DNA of 64,000 nt from Mobula hypostoma. Lineage: Eukaryota. Both the position numbers and the translations under genes were made by a program. The notes beneath the pieces were generated by a model. The model was given only the letters and a program-made list of their open reading frames with translations. It was not told where the DNA came from and did no database searches. Where the stretch lies: positions 100,752,001 to 100,816,000 of the forward strand of contig NC_086107.1 of NCBI RefSeq assembly GCF_963921235.1, read 5' to 3'. Below, one piece after another: positions 26,153-39,194 of this stretch; positions within the stretch are counted from its first letter, which is position 1; every line of letters starts with the position of its first letter.

Positions 26153-27583
26153 ATCCTCACCATTTACTGAAAGCACTTTGATGCTCCTTTCAGTTCACCC
26201 TGCCACCCAGTTTTGTTTCATCAGCAAACATGAATATTTTACATTTGATCCCCTCATCCAAATCATTGATGTAGATTGTGAACAGCTGCACATTCAATTA
26301 TTGACATCCTCTCAACCTGAAAAGGACACGTATTCCGTCTGTTAATGTCAAATTCATATTGGTATTACTCTCAATCTTGTGCTCTCTAATTTTGTTTAAT
26401 AACCTCGTTGAAGAACTTCTGAAACTCCCACTACACCACATCAACTGGCTTGTCCTTAGTTTTTCTGCTGAGTACCACTTCAAAAAAACTGTCATACATT
26501 AATAAATGTCATAATTATTAACTGTCATACATTTTCTCTTTCTTATATCAATTTTGACTCTTCCCAATCCTGTTGTTATTTTTCAAATGCCTGTTTACCG
26601 CTTCCTTAATAATAGGTTCTAGTTTTTAATAACTTATTTTTTCCTATCCCTGTCTTTAAATAATGTAAAAATATTTGGAGAAATAAACCATGGAATTTTG
26701 GAAAATTGCATCTCCATTGTTCCCTCCTTCAGACCTTGGTTCTTAGAATCTATTACTTTTCATTTCCATTAATTTCTCCAATACAAATCTTCATGCCCTT
26801 CTCTCGGCTCAACATGTCAACTGTTTATATAGTATGTACAACAGGACAGTCAATATAACATAGAAATACAGTTGTATCAGCGTGAATTAATCAATCTGAT
26901 GGCCTGGTGGAAGAAGCTGTCCTGGAGCCTGTTGGTCCTGGCTTTTATGCTGCGGTACTGTTTCCCAGAAAGTTTGTGGTTGAGGTGGCTCAGGTCCCCA
27001 ATGGTCCTTTTTACACACCTGTCTTTGTAAATATCCTGAATAGGTCATTGCAATGTACTGCTGCATAACAACAAATTTCATCACATATGCCAGTGATATT
27101 AAACCTGATTCTGATAAATATGGATTGTCATGATTTTTATCTCAGGCTAGGGGAGTCTGAAACCAGAAGGCATAAATTTAATGTGAGAGGGAAATTATTC
27201 TAAAAGGGAAAAAGAGGCAAGTTTTCCATAGAGTACAGTGAATATATGGAATAAGCTTTCAGAGGAAAGGGTAGAGCTAGTTAAGTAACAACATCTAAAA
27301 GATATTTGGCCAGGTACATGGATGGGAAAGACGTAGCTCAGAGGTTCCTAATCTGAGGTCCATGGGCCCCTTGGTTAATGGTATGAGTCCATGGCATAAA
27401 AAAGGTTGGAAACTCCTAGTTTAGAGGGATATGGACCAAATACAAGCCAATGGACTAACTCTGGAATACATCTTTATTGGCATGGACAGGTTGGGCCAAA
27501 GGCCTGTTTCTGTGCTGTACAACTCTATGGCGGTCAATATCTGGTTCATTGGCCTTGAATTTTAAATGCTTTCTGTTTTACAG

Positions 27584-27700
27584 GTTGCAAAACTGCGGAG
27601 TGAACTGGATATTGTTAACGGTAATGTCAAAGTGATGTCTGAAATGCTGACTGAGATGGTCCCAGGTCAAGAAGATCCCTCTGACCTTGAGCTACTACAG
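27584..27700 (+). CDS. TOM1: TOM1-family exon, GAT domain ([39 protein letters not shown])
   Basis: tacag|GTT...CAG|gtgaaa; 117 nt, phase 0/0. Confidence 0.95.
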
Positions 27701-29507
27701 GTGAAACAGTAATCTGAAATTAAAATAGGCCATTCAGCATCTTGCTTTTGAAATGCCACTCAGTTAGGTTATGGCTTTCGAAATTCATATGCCCAGTTTG
27801 TTATCTGTTAATTGAAATGAAATGGTGTGGGGCCAGGTGCAAGGATGGTGGAAATAAATCTTTGGCCAGTTGCAAAGTTGAAACAATTATCTTGATGTAC
27901 TTTATCTCTTTGTCAACTAGCAATGACACCCCAGCCCCATGACTCTTAAACTTTGTCCAATTAATTTTACCTTTTCTCTCTTTTATTGCCTATTACACTG
28001 TTGGCGTTTAGGGTAGCAGTGAAGTTCCCCTATCTCTGCCTGTCCTTGGCCATCTTCTTTATTGTGCCAAAGGTGTTATTCAGGGTCCTCAGTCACACAG
28101 ATGTAGAAGAATTCTTTACTACTGTTTCCGTTACGATCTTTTTGACCAGTCAGGGTTGTTATCCCTGAGCTGAACCCCTGAACCTGGAGGACTGGTGGAC
28201 CACTACCTTTGACCTGTTTGGCATGGGTGACCCTACCAAGAGCAACAGCATAAAGCCCTGACTCCAGACAACGTAGCTCTTCGTGCCGTTGAGGCACGCA
28301 AGCCTCCGAACCATGACAATGTGGTGGTCCTCTTGGAGGACCTTTTCTCTCTATTGCCTTCTTTCTTAGTTCCACAAAATTTCAGGTAACTGAATATTTC
28401 TGTCATCTGACCTTGGTACTTTGGCTTCAGAGTTTCATTTACTCTTATCACTTTTTAATCAATTGGTAGTTTAAACCATAAACTTTAAGCTACTTTACAA
28501 ATTTCCATGTCCAGACTGCAATATCCAGTGTGAGACTTTTTGCATCAGTTTAAGTTATCATGATACTGAGTTTTTACATTTAAGATTGTGTTTCATCACA
28601 CCCCGTTCACGTTCTGGACCTGTGATTCACTTAAGCTTGGAGGAAGACTTGACTGGAAACTAACGCTAAAAATACTGAAGCATCCAGCTCCATTTTCCTT
28701 TCTCACCCACCCCACCACTCTATATCCTGCTTACTGAGCACTATTCAGAAGAAAAATGAGGCATTGCCCAATGGCACACTAGGTTTATTGAGAACACAGT
28801 TGAGCCAAATAGACTAGCTGATTCCTGGGTTCAGTTGTTCTGCATTGTTAACTTGAGTGAGGAGGAGGCCGATCAAAGTTGCATCTAAATCGGGGTTCAA
28901 AGCTTCATTTATTATCAAAGTATACAATGTGAAATTCTTCTTCTCAGAGTAGTCATGAAACCAAGAAAGAAAAGAAAGGCAGCGCGATCATCAATCCCCC
29001 AAATCCCCTCTCCCCGCACAAAAAATCGAACAAAAACGGAACAGGCACATCAACCCCCAAATCCCTCATCCTGCGCAAAAAAATGAACAAAATGGAACCA
29101 GCACATCGACCCCCAAATCCCCATCCCCACTCAAAAAGAAAACAAGAAAGATCGGGCAAGAACCACAGAATATAAAAAAAACTATAAGACTGAAAAAAGG
29201 CCTATGGTTCCCAGCTTTTTTTCTGCCATGGGCCTTTACCATTAACCGAGGGGTTGTGGATCCCAGGTAATGTATAATGTTGGGTTCAACACAATCTAGG
29301 TAAAGTATGATACTATTTACAGTCAATCATTTTGTTAATGTTGGAAAGGTGACAGGCATTCCTGAAACAGTAAGCTCAGATTTCTGGTTGGGATCGGAAT
29401 TTGTGAAATACAGAGTTTAAGATTTAAATGTTAATTTTGATATAAATAATTTCTCCCTTATAAATATACTGGAGTTCTTGTGTATAATTATACATTTCTT
29501 ACACTAG

Positions 29508-29641
29508 GAACTGAACAGAACATGTCGGGCAATGCAGCAGAGGGTTCTGGATCTCATCTCAAGAGTGACCAATGAGCAAGTGACAGAGGACCTGTTGCAC
29601 GTCAATGATAATCTCAATAACATATTCCTTCGATATGATAG
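29508..29641 (+). CDS. TOM1: TOM1-family exon, GAT domain ([44 protein letters not shown])
   Basis: ctag|GAA...GAT AG|gtatct; 134 nt, phase 0/2. Confidence 0.95.
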
Positions 29642-31053
29642 GTATCTTTACAGTGCACCTTTTCAGCTACATTGAGCTACCCTCTCTAAAGAGTGACTTT
29701 GCTCCTACAATTTTGTTACATGGTACTTTAAAGCAACTATTGAAGTCCTTCTCCCAGGAAACTTGCAGCCAGTTAGTGTACACAAGCACCTGTGAATTAT
29801 GTGGTATTAATGACCAGATAATCTTTTTATTGGCGATGTTGGTTGGGGATAATAATAGGGCAGAAGACTTGGCTAATCTCTTTTTTGTAAATGATACATT
29901 AGGATCTTTAGTATGCACTTGAGGTTGGCCCATGACTTAATGTCTCATTTGAAATATGTTACTGTACTGTATTGCTGCTACATTGAAATATAAATTGGGA
30001 TTACATGATGATCTAGGGTAGGAACATATGGCCTCTGAGGAAACAGATTCCATTTTTGTATTGATCAGGCCTATGTTCCTCAAACAGTTGTTTCTGTCCT
30101 TAAAACTTCGTACATGTTCAGGTGTGTGGGTGGATATCTGTCATAGTAAATGGTCTGCAACTTAAATAAATGGCAAATTAAGACTTGAAGAGCGCCGAGG
30201 GGATCTTGATTAGATTGGTATAAGAAATGAACAATTTTAGTTGTTTGGAGTAAGTAGAATATTTGGGATGGTTCTTAGAGCAGATTGAGGAGGGGGGTTT
30301 AATTGAGTTGTCTGAAAATTGTAATGTGCTTTCACCAAAAAGAGAATCAGTAAACTGCCAATTCGGTATTCAGCATGGGAAATGCATATAGTGATGAGGC
30401 AGATACAATGCTTTTTGTATACAGTGGGTGCAGATTCCTTGTTTTCAGTGGGGAACTGGCAAAAAATGTGTGGCTATGAGTGAGACAAATTATGGCTCTC
30501 CAAAGAGATGGGGGCAGATGCAGTGAAATAGCAGAGCTCTTTCTGCAGCATATTGGCCTGTATTGAAGTAACGATGTTAGTGCCTGAAACCTACTCCAAA
30601 AAAAACCCCTTGATGATAGTGGAATCCCTAACCAGCTCTTTGGCAGTTCCTCAAAGAGTATAAAACGGTGACTTTTCCTCCTACCCTAACCATAATACAG
30701 ACAAATAATGAAAATATTTTGTTTATTTCCCATCCCATAATCCAAGTATAGTTGCAAAGTCTTATTTACATAAAGCATGAGGTATCTGTCTTGAAATATG
30801 GGTCATAAAATTGGAAGAACTTTGTGCTAAATTATTAGTGCTTGTTTGTGCAGATCAAGAGTCTAATGTGTTTTTCGACTTCACAAAGTAGTAAGGATGG
30901 TAAATTCTCAATATTTCTCTTTCAACGTTAGCCTATTTAGTCAATTTTAAGAACACTGGTTAAGAAAACACCTGTGGCCCCTCCCCAGAAGTTGTTTATT
31001 AGGTGGTTCATACCTTCAGTCTGCTTTATGGATTCTGCCTTTCCTATTTTCAG

Positions 31054-31093
31054 GTTTGAGAGATTCAGAACTGGACAGAAGACTATCAACCGA
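31054..31093 (+). CDS. TOM1: TOM1-family short exon (R-FERFRTGQKTINR)
   Basis: ttttcag|G TTT GAG AGA...CGA|gtgagt; 40 nt, phase 2/0, completes the split Arg codon. Confidence 0.9.
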
Positions 31094-31654
31094 GTGAGTA
31101 TCATTCAGCATACGGAAAAGAGACAGTTCAGTCCTGCAGGTTGAGTCACTGCACATGTAGAGCTCGCACCAAGGGTAACTTAAGGTAGATACACTGTAAA
31201 GACGTTAGATACAAATTTAGGAGGAAGCCATTAAATCCCTGAAGTCTATCTCACTATTTAATCGGTTAAGGCTGACTTGGTTACAACCCTAACTGCATGT
31301 TCCTGTTTACTTATGATTGTACCATGACTTTATCTACCTCTATTTTAAACATTCAAAGACTTGCTATTGTCCAAAAATATTAATGGATGAAGCTTTATTT
31401 TTAAGCAGTTCTGTATTCTTCCACAAGTTGAAAGATCCCTCTCCTGATCCTCGACTCCATGTTTTTGTATGCTTCATTCAAAAGAGATTTGTTAAGTGTG
31501 ATGAGGTTCTTTAGAAATATGTAATCTCTGATGGACAACTGTTCAACTTGACAAGTTAAAATGTCGGTGTGCTACCTGAGTGTGCAATCAAAGCAGCTAC
31601 CATCATTTTCAAAACTATTTGGATCAATTAGTTCATAACATCTTCAGGCACAAT

Positions 31655-31865
31655 GGCACGGTAGTGTAGTGTTCAGCGCAACACTTAGTTGTCTGTAAGA
31701 AGTTTGTACCTCCTCCCCTTGACCACGTGGGTTTCCTCCAGATGCTCCAGCTTCCTCTCTCAGCCTAAAGACGTACCGATTAATTGGTTGTTGTGACTTA
31801 TCTCATGATTAGGCTAGGGTTAAATTGGGGGGTTGCTGGGCGGCACAGCTCTCAATCAGTCAATA
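31655..31865 (+). mobile_element. V-SINE
   Basis: ggcacggtagtgtagtg...gtgggtttcctccagatgctccagcttcctc. Confidence 0.75.
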
Positions 31866-31899
31866 AAAATGATTGCTTCCTTTTCAGATTTGTGGAGAA

Positions 31900-32870
31900 T
31901 CAGAGTCAGGTTTGCATTGTTTTGTAGCAATGGTACAATGCGGGTACAACATATTAATATATGCAATAAGAAATAAAAATAAATAAGTGGTGCAAAAAGT
32001 GAGGTAGTGTTCATGATCTGTTCAGAAATCTGACAGCAGAGGGGGAAGAAGCTGCTCTTAAAATATTGAGTGTGTGTCTTCAGACTCCTCTACCTTCTCC
32101 CTGATGGTAGAATTGAGAACAGGGCATGTCGTGGATGGTGAGGGGTCCTCAATGATAGATGGCACCTTTTTGAGGCATTGCCTGTTGATGATGCCCTCAA
32201 TGATTTGGAGGCGAGTGCCCACGGTGAGTTGGCTGAGTTTACAACCCTCTGCAGCCTTTTCTGATCCTGTTCATTGCTGCCTCCATACCAGACAGTGATG
32301 CAACCAGTCAGAATGCTAGAGTCTGGTGAAATACAAAATCTTCTCAAACACCCAATGAAATATAGCTGCTAGCTTGCCTTTCAGAATCAGGTTTAATATC
32401 ACTGGCATACAGTATGTCATGAAATTTGTTGTTATTTGGCAGCAGTACAATGCAATACATAATAAAATAAAAAATTTTTGAAATTGCATCAATATGCTGA
32501 GCGCAGAAAAGACCTTCAGCGATGTTGACACTCATATGAAGGAAGCTACTCACCTTTTCCACTGCTAACCTCTCAATGAGAACTGGTACGTGTCCTCCTG
32601 ACTTCCCTTTCCTGAAGTCCACAACCAGTTCTTTGGTTTTGCTGATGTTGGGTGCAAAGTTGTTGTTGCAACCACTCAACAGCGAACTATCTCCCTCCTG
32701 TATGCCTCCTTGTCACTATCCGAGATACTGCCAACAGCAGTATTGGCAAATTTGTAGATGGTGTTTGAGCTCTGAGCCTCAGTGCACAGTGTGAGTGCAG
32801 GGAAAGTAGAACATTGGACGGAGCATGTTGCCTTGAAGTGCGCCTGTGTTGATTGTCCGTGATGCAGTTC
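31900..32870 (-). mobile_element. Rex1/Babar-type LINE fragments
   Basis: NISKTKELVVDFRK; SILTGCITVWYG; HALFSILPSGRR. Confidence 0.8.
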
Positions 32871-33042
32871 GCAACATAGTGCATCTTCCTACCTTATAAC
32901 CACAACCCCCTCATCTCTTTTTTAATTTCTAGGATTCCATATATTTGATGAAGAAAATGATTTGTCCACAATTTTTCTACTGGTTTGCTTTGGATATAGC
33001 ATTCAATGTCTCTTAAACTAATTCACTTTTTTTCCTCTCAAG

Positions 33043-33151
33043 GTGCCCAGTGTTTCAGAGAATGTGGACAACTTAATAAATCTTACACCAAGTTCCCCTG
33101 CTGTTGTCACTCCAGTTGCATCTAATATCTCGACACAGATGGCAGGACTTA
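33043..33151 (+). CDS. TOM1: TOM1-family exon (VPSVSENVDNLINLTPSSPAVVTPVASNISTQMAGL), with clathrin-box-like NLINL
   Basis: tttttttcctctcaag|GTG...CTT A|gtaagt; 109 nt, phase 0/1; resembles TOM1L2 DNLIDL..SPAVV.P..SQLAGL. Confidence 0.88.
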
Positions 33152-33199
33152 GTAAGTAATGGCTATTTATTGATCCTTGCTATCAAGAACTACACCCTA

Positions 33200-33580
33200 A
33201 ACTGACAGACTGCAAATACGAAAATAAACAAGTAATAATAAATAATACTGAGAACATGATTTGTAGAATCCTTGGAAGGGAGTCCATAGGTTGTGTTCAG
33301 TGATCAGTTCAGTGTTAACAGTGAGTGAAGGTATCCACACTGGTTCAGAAGCCTGATAGTTGGAGGGTCATAACTGTTCTTGAACCTGGTGATTTGGGGC
33401 CTAAGGCTCCTGCAGCTCTTTCCTGAATGTAGCATTGAGAAGAGAACATGGCCTGTTGGATGGGAGTCCTTGAGGATGGACGCTGCTTTCTTGTGGCAGC
33501 GCTCTTTGTAGATGTGCACAATGGTGGAGAGGGTTTTTCCTGCAATGAATTGGACTGTATTCACCACCTTTTGTAGGCCA
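33200..33580 (-). mobile_element. Rex1/Babar-type LINE 3' fragment inside a short TOM1 intron
   Basis: LQKVVNT..IYKERCHKKAASILKDSHP.GH.LFS. Confidence 0.8.
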
Positions 33581-33856
33581 TTGTCAAATAAGATTGGGTG
33601 ATTGCCCTGACACTTGACCATTCTTGCTGCAGTATTTCACCTCAAACAAACTTTGGAGGAGAGCTAACCTTCGGAACTAATGGAAAACTTTTCAATATAC
33701 AACAACTCTACTCCAGAAGCAAGAAGGTCCCAATCTTGGTAGTGAAGCTGCAGATAGCACACACGCTTACACTGTGTTTGTTCCAAGAAACTGAGTTGTT
33801 CAAGTTGCATTGTCTGAAGCTTTATGCTGTTTGTTAATTGCTGTGCATATGGTCAG

Positions 33857-33983
33857 GTGTTACAGGGGAAGGTGTGAGTGCAACTGCAAAGCCATTGGAA
33901 AACAGCCATCCAAAAACTGAGGAAGAAGAATTTGACATGTTTGCACAAACGAGAAGCAATTCCCTGGCAGATCAGCGCAAGAG
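33857..33983 (+). CDS. TOM1: TOM1-family exon (S-VTGEGVSATAKPLENSHPKTEEEEFDMFAQTRSNSLADQRK)
   Basis: gtcag|GT...AAG AG|gtgagt; 127 nt, phase 1/2; conserved FDMFAQTR..SLADQRK. An alternative in-frame acceptor would start the exon at 33866. Confidence 0.88.
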
Positions 33984-35059
33984 GTGAGTAGTTACCGATT
34001 TTGCAGGTTGGACATTTCTCTAATTCTTTTCCTGTCCTTTCTAATGCAAAAACACAGAACTAAAATGGGAAGTGTACAGCAACTACATTGGTATCAGAAT
34101 AATGGTGTGTGGGGGGTAGGGGTTTGGAATACATACTCTGGATAGTTCTCATTCAGAATCCAATCCCATTAACTTGAGGATTTAGGAAAACTAGGAAATT
34201 TTTGCTACTCAGTTCAGGAAGGGGAGTGAGGGGTCACTGAAGAAGAACCTTGAATATTTGAAGCATTAAAGTGGATGTATCAAAATATTAAGAGTAGTAA
34301 AATGTTAAAAGTTGTTTGGGACACCATTTCAATCTAAGCTGTTGCTTGTGTTTATCATGTTAAAAATAGCACGGAAAAAACACTTGAAGCATTATCAGAT
34401 ATTGAGCCATAAATGGAGGTATTTGGGCATGTGACCAAAAACTATTAAAGCATAGATTTTGAGAAGGTTAAAGTCAGAGAGACGTTCTAGTCTTTGAATC
34501 CTCGGCGGCTGGAAGCACAGCTGTAAGTGATGGGCAGATTTTAAATCAGTGTTGCTTTATGATCAAGGAAGAGTCTTTTCAGCCCATCAAGTTTATGTGT
34601 ACTCAGAACAATCCCATTTTCTCCTGTAATCTATTCTCCCCACCTTCCCATCAATTCTATTCCCAACTCTACTGGGGCCAATTTTATTTCATTTTTTAAA
34701 AGCTGTGACTAATTAACAATCTGCACACCCTTGGCCTATGGTAGAAAAGCAGAGTGTTCAAAGAACCATATAATCAAAGGTTTCAGAGGTCGAATTTAAT
34801 GTAAAGAAAAATGTATACATGTAGAATGCGCAATCGTCATATAGACTATGCCAGAAGTCAGGCTTGAGTTTGAGTCTCTGAGGCAGCAGATCTACTAGCT
34901 GTACTGCTGTGTTCCATGTTGAGATTGGGTGTTGGAGTCCACATGGATAGACTGCTCAGTAGTTTGGTGTATTACTTGGATTATTAGGAGGGGAGGGAAA
35001 TCCATGAAGGGGGTCTCAAAACAGGTTGGGGGAAAGCTGTACTGACATGGGACTATAAG

Positions 35060-35490
35060 TTATAGGAGCAGAATTAGGTCATTTTGTCCATCGACTCTGC
35101 TCTGCCATTTCATCATAGCTGAGCTATTTTCCCTCTCATGCCCAATCTCCTGCCTTCTCCCTGTATCCCTACTTGCCCTGACCAATCAAGAATCTTATCA
35201 ACCTATACCTTAAATATACCCAATGACTTGGTCTCCACAGCTGCTTGTGGCAATGAATTCCACAGATTCGCCACTCTCTGGCTAAAGAAATCATCCTCAT
35301 CTCCATTCTAAAAGAATGCCCCTCTATTTTGAGGCAGTGTCCTGTGGTGTTAGACTACTACACCATAGGAAACATTCTCTCCACATGCTCTCTAACGAGG
35401 CCTTTCAACATTAGATAGGTTTCTGAATTCCAGCGAGTAGAGGCCCAGAGCCATCAAACGCTCTTCATACGACAAGCCTTTCAATCCCAG
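35060..35490 (-). mobile_element. CR1 3' end
   Basis: Reverse complement homologous to 39660-40110. Confidence 0.75.
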
Positions 35491-35939
35491 AAACAATGGA
35501 GAAATCTTTTTAAGAGAGGGAAGTATTTGAAGGTGTCTCTTGCTTTGGGTTATGGAGGGTGTTTATAGAATACTAGATACGTGTCAGGATGGAATAGGAT
35601 GTGGTCACCGTGGTTTGAATGCTGGCTAGGAGACAGTATGAACAGTTATGAGTGCTTGGATGAGAGCAGCTGCAAAATATGGGCATAGATTCAAATTGTA
35701 AGCAGGCAAGTCTTGGACTAACGTCAGGAAGTTCTTCAGGAGTAATAGATTGGTGGTATTTAGCCTCTCAGCCCTGCAGCAAGTTTTGGATGGCTGATTT
35801 CAGCACTGATTACAACATGAAAGTCGGCAATGAGCTGAAGGTCGAATTCCAGCATATCTGACCTCCCATTTGATGTTAGGACTGTGTCAAGAAATCTTAT
35901 GCGTTCAAAGTTTGAAGTAAAATTTATTATCGAAGTATG

Positions 35940-36740
35940 TAACTCAGTGGCCACTTTATTGGGTATACCTGTACAGCAGCTCATTTATACAAATATACAA
36001 TCAGCCAGTCATGTGGCAGCAACTCATTGCATAAATGATGCAGACATGGTCAAGAGGTTCAGTTGTTGTTCAGACCAAACATCAGAATGGGGAAGAAATG
36101 TGATCTAATGTGACTTTGACCATGGAAAGATTGTTGGTACAAGACGTGGTTTAAGTGTGTCAGAAACTACTGATATCTTAGGGTTTTCGTGCATAACAGT
36201 CTACAGAGAATGGTATGATACACAAAAAATATCCAGTGAGCAGCATTTGCATTCATTTGCCTGTCATTGAGATGTTCCTACAATCAATGATCTCACTTTA
36301 AAGACTCTTTACCGTGTTACTTAATTTTCTCGTTATTTATATTTGCATTTGCGCAGTTTTGTTGTCTTCTGCACTCTAGTTGCTCTTTCATTGGTCCTGT
36401 TATAGTTACTATTCTTTAGATTTGCTGAGTATGCCCACAGGAAAATGAATCTCAGGATTGTATTCGATAGTAAAGTTCGCTTTGAGTTTTGTGAGCTTTC
36501 CCTGTGGGTGAAAATACTTTGTTAATGAGAGAGATCAGAGGAGTTTGGCCAGTCTTGTTCAAGCTGACAGTAACTTAAAATAACCGCATGTTACAACAGT
36601 GAGGTGTAGAACAACATCTCTAAGCACACAACAGGTTGAACCTTGAAGTGGATGGGCTATAGCAGCAGAAGACCGCGTACACTCAGTGGCCAGTTTTATT
36701 AGGCACAGGAGGTATCTAATAAAGTGACCATTGAGTGTAT
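35940..36740 (+). mobile_element. Tc1-like element with a nested Rex-type 3' tail (about 36270-36490)
   Basis: actcagtggccactttatt ... aataaagtgaccattgagtgta ends; same body as 25608-26152. Confidence 0.8.
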
Positions 36741-37394
36741 GTATTACCATATACTACCTTTTTTTCAGGCATTTACAGGGAAATGAATACCATAAAATTT
36801 TACGAAAAACTGTACCTGAACAAAAACCGACAAACAACAATGTGCAAAAGAAAGCAAACTGTGCAAATAAAACGATACTGAGAACAGGAGTGTGAAGAGT
36901 TGCAAAGGCACGCAGTCTCAGGACCTCCAGCAATAGCTGTATACTCTAAGGGCTTTCTCCTAACTGGTTTAGCAGGTCCGTCGCTGTTTATGATGTTTCA
37001 TTTCAAATGATTGAATAAAAGAATGAAACGTCACATATCCCAGATTATGCTGATAGAGAGCTGGGCGTGACAGAGATTTTAGGAGATATGGACAACCTTA
37101 GCAAATCAATGAGGACGTGGTAAATGAAATCTAAATGTGGAATAACAGGTTATCCATTTAGTAGAAGCAAACATTTTCTAGTAAATGTTGAATAATTGAA
37201 AGATGTTGGTATTCAGAGGAAGCTGGATTGTCTTTGTATACAGATTACTGGAACTTGAAGGCAAACTTTTGCCTTCATTGCAAGAGAATTTGAGTACAAG
37301 AGTAGAGATCATACTGCAATCATAAAGGCCTGGATAAAACTGCACCTAGATTATTGTGTATAGGTCAGGTTTTCCTGCTAAGTAAGGATATAAT

Positions 37395-38690
37395 AATCAT
37401 GAAGTGCTTTGAGCAGCTGGAAATGGATCATATAAAAATCTTACCTTCCAGCTACATTGGACCCTTTCCAGTTTGTCTGCTGCTCAAACCAGTCCACTGA
37501 GGATGCTGTAGCCTCGACCTTTTACTCTGTCCTGTCCCACCTAAAAAAAAATGATGCCAATGTTTTTCATTAGCTTCAGTTTTGCATTTAGAACGATCAT
37601 CCTCAAGAGGCTGGTGGGTAAACTGTCTTCACTGGGATTCAGCACCCCTCTCTGTAACTGGCTCTTAGACTTCCTGATGAAAGACCACAGTCAGTCCAAG
37701 TTGGCAGCAACATCTCAAGCTCTGTCACACTGATTACTGGTGCTCCCCAGGACTTTCTGCTCAGTCCACTACTGTTCACGCTGTTGATTCACAACTGCAC
37801 TGCCAGATCCAGCTCAAGCTGCTTTGTCAAGTTCACTGATAATACAACGTTGGCCTCATCAGCCACAATGATGAGTCAACATAGCGAGGGGAGGCTGAGA
37901 GGCTTGTCAAATGGTGTGAAAACAACAACTTGAATCTCAATGTGGACAAAATAAAAGGGATGATTATGGACTTCAGGAAGGCACAGGTCGAACCTTCTCC
38001 ATTGCACATCAATGACTTTGCTGTGGAGAGACTGAAGAACACAAAATTCCTTCACGTGCACATAATGGACGATCTAACCTGAACCCACAACATCTCCTCA
38101 TTAGTCAAGAAGGCACAATAGCGTCTACACTTTCTGAGGAGATTGAGGCGTGCAAGTTTCCCACCCCATGCAAACAACTTTGTACGTGCGTGCTATTGAG
38201 TGTGTCCTCTTTGGCTGCATCATCGTATGACATGAAAGCTGCAAGGCATCGGACTGTGAGACCCTACAAAGGGTCATAAAACCTACAGAGAGGATCACGA
38301 GGTCTCCCTCCCCAACATTTGTGACATTCTTTGGGATCACAGTATACGAAGGGTCCAAAGCATTGTTGAGGATCCCTACAACCCATCCCACAATCTCTTC
38401 GACCTACTACCATCAGGAAGGAGGTATAGGAGCATCAGGACTAGGACTTCCAGACTAGCTAACAGTTTTCTCTCTCAGGCGGTGAGACTAATGAATACCC
38501 AGCCATCACTTGAGCCGTTTACTGTACTGTTCACTATTTGGCTGTTACCTGTGCTGCTCACTGCATGCAGTTTGAATTACATTTTATTAACTTATTTGTG
38601 GTAATATTTTGTTTTGTTGTGATGTGGAGGAACATTATTTCATTTGGTTGTATATATGTACAGACAGATGACAAGCTCGAACTTGATACT
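37395..38690 (+). mobile_element. Rex1/Babar-type LINE, decayed RT, nested in CR1 remnants
   Basis: [44 protein letters not shown]. Confidence 0.85.
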
Positions 38691-39194
38691 ATGTAATAGA
38701 GGTGACATAATGGAGATTTGCCAAACTGATTCTTGGATGGTGGATCTTTGCTAAGAGGAGAGAGTAGGCAAACTGGACCTTAGCTCAAAAGTTTGGAATC
38801 AGAGAGGATCTCATTCCAATATTTAAAACTCTTACAGGGTGAAGCATTGTGAAAGCACAAATGATCTTTTCCCTAGGTGGGCATTTAGAACCAAAGGTCC
38901 ATAATCTCAGAATAAAGGATTGGTCATTCAGATGTTTGAAATGAAGGAAGATCACACAGAGGATAGTGAATTTTTGCAAGTTCTTTACCTGAATTGGTTA
39001 TAGAGTCTCAGTTGTTGATTATGTACAAAATACTAATCAATATATTTTTGGGTGTGACAGAGACTGGGGAATTATATATTACAGAGAAGTGGCAATGAGA
39101 TACAGGATCAGCCATCATCTCAATGAATTGTGGACCAGTTGAAAGGGGCTGAATGGTTTCTATTTCTGTTGCTCTTTGGAAGGGACTTAAAACT

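Noticed and set aside
28985..29145. Three tandem units of about 60 nt resembling a repeat-spacer array
   Set aside because: Degenerate minisatellite inside a retroelement tail; no unique spacers, and eukaryotic context, so not CRISPR.
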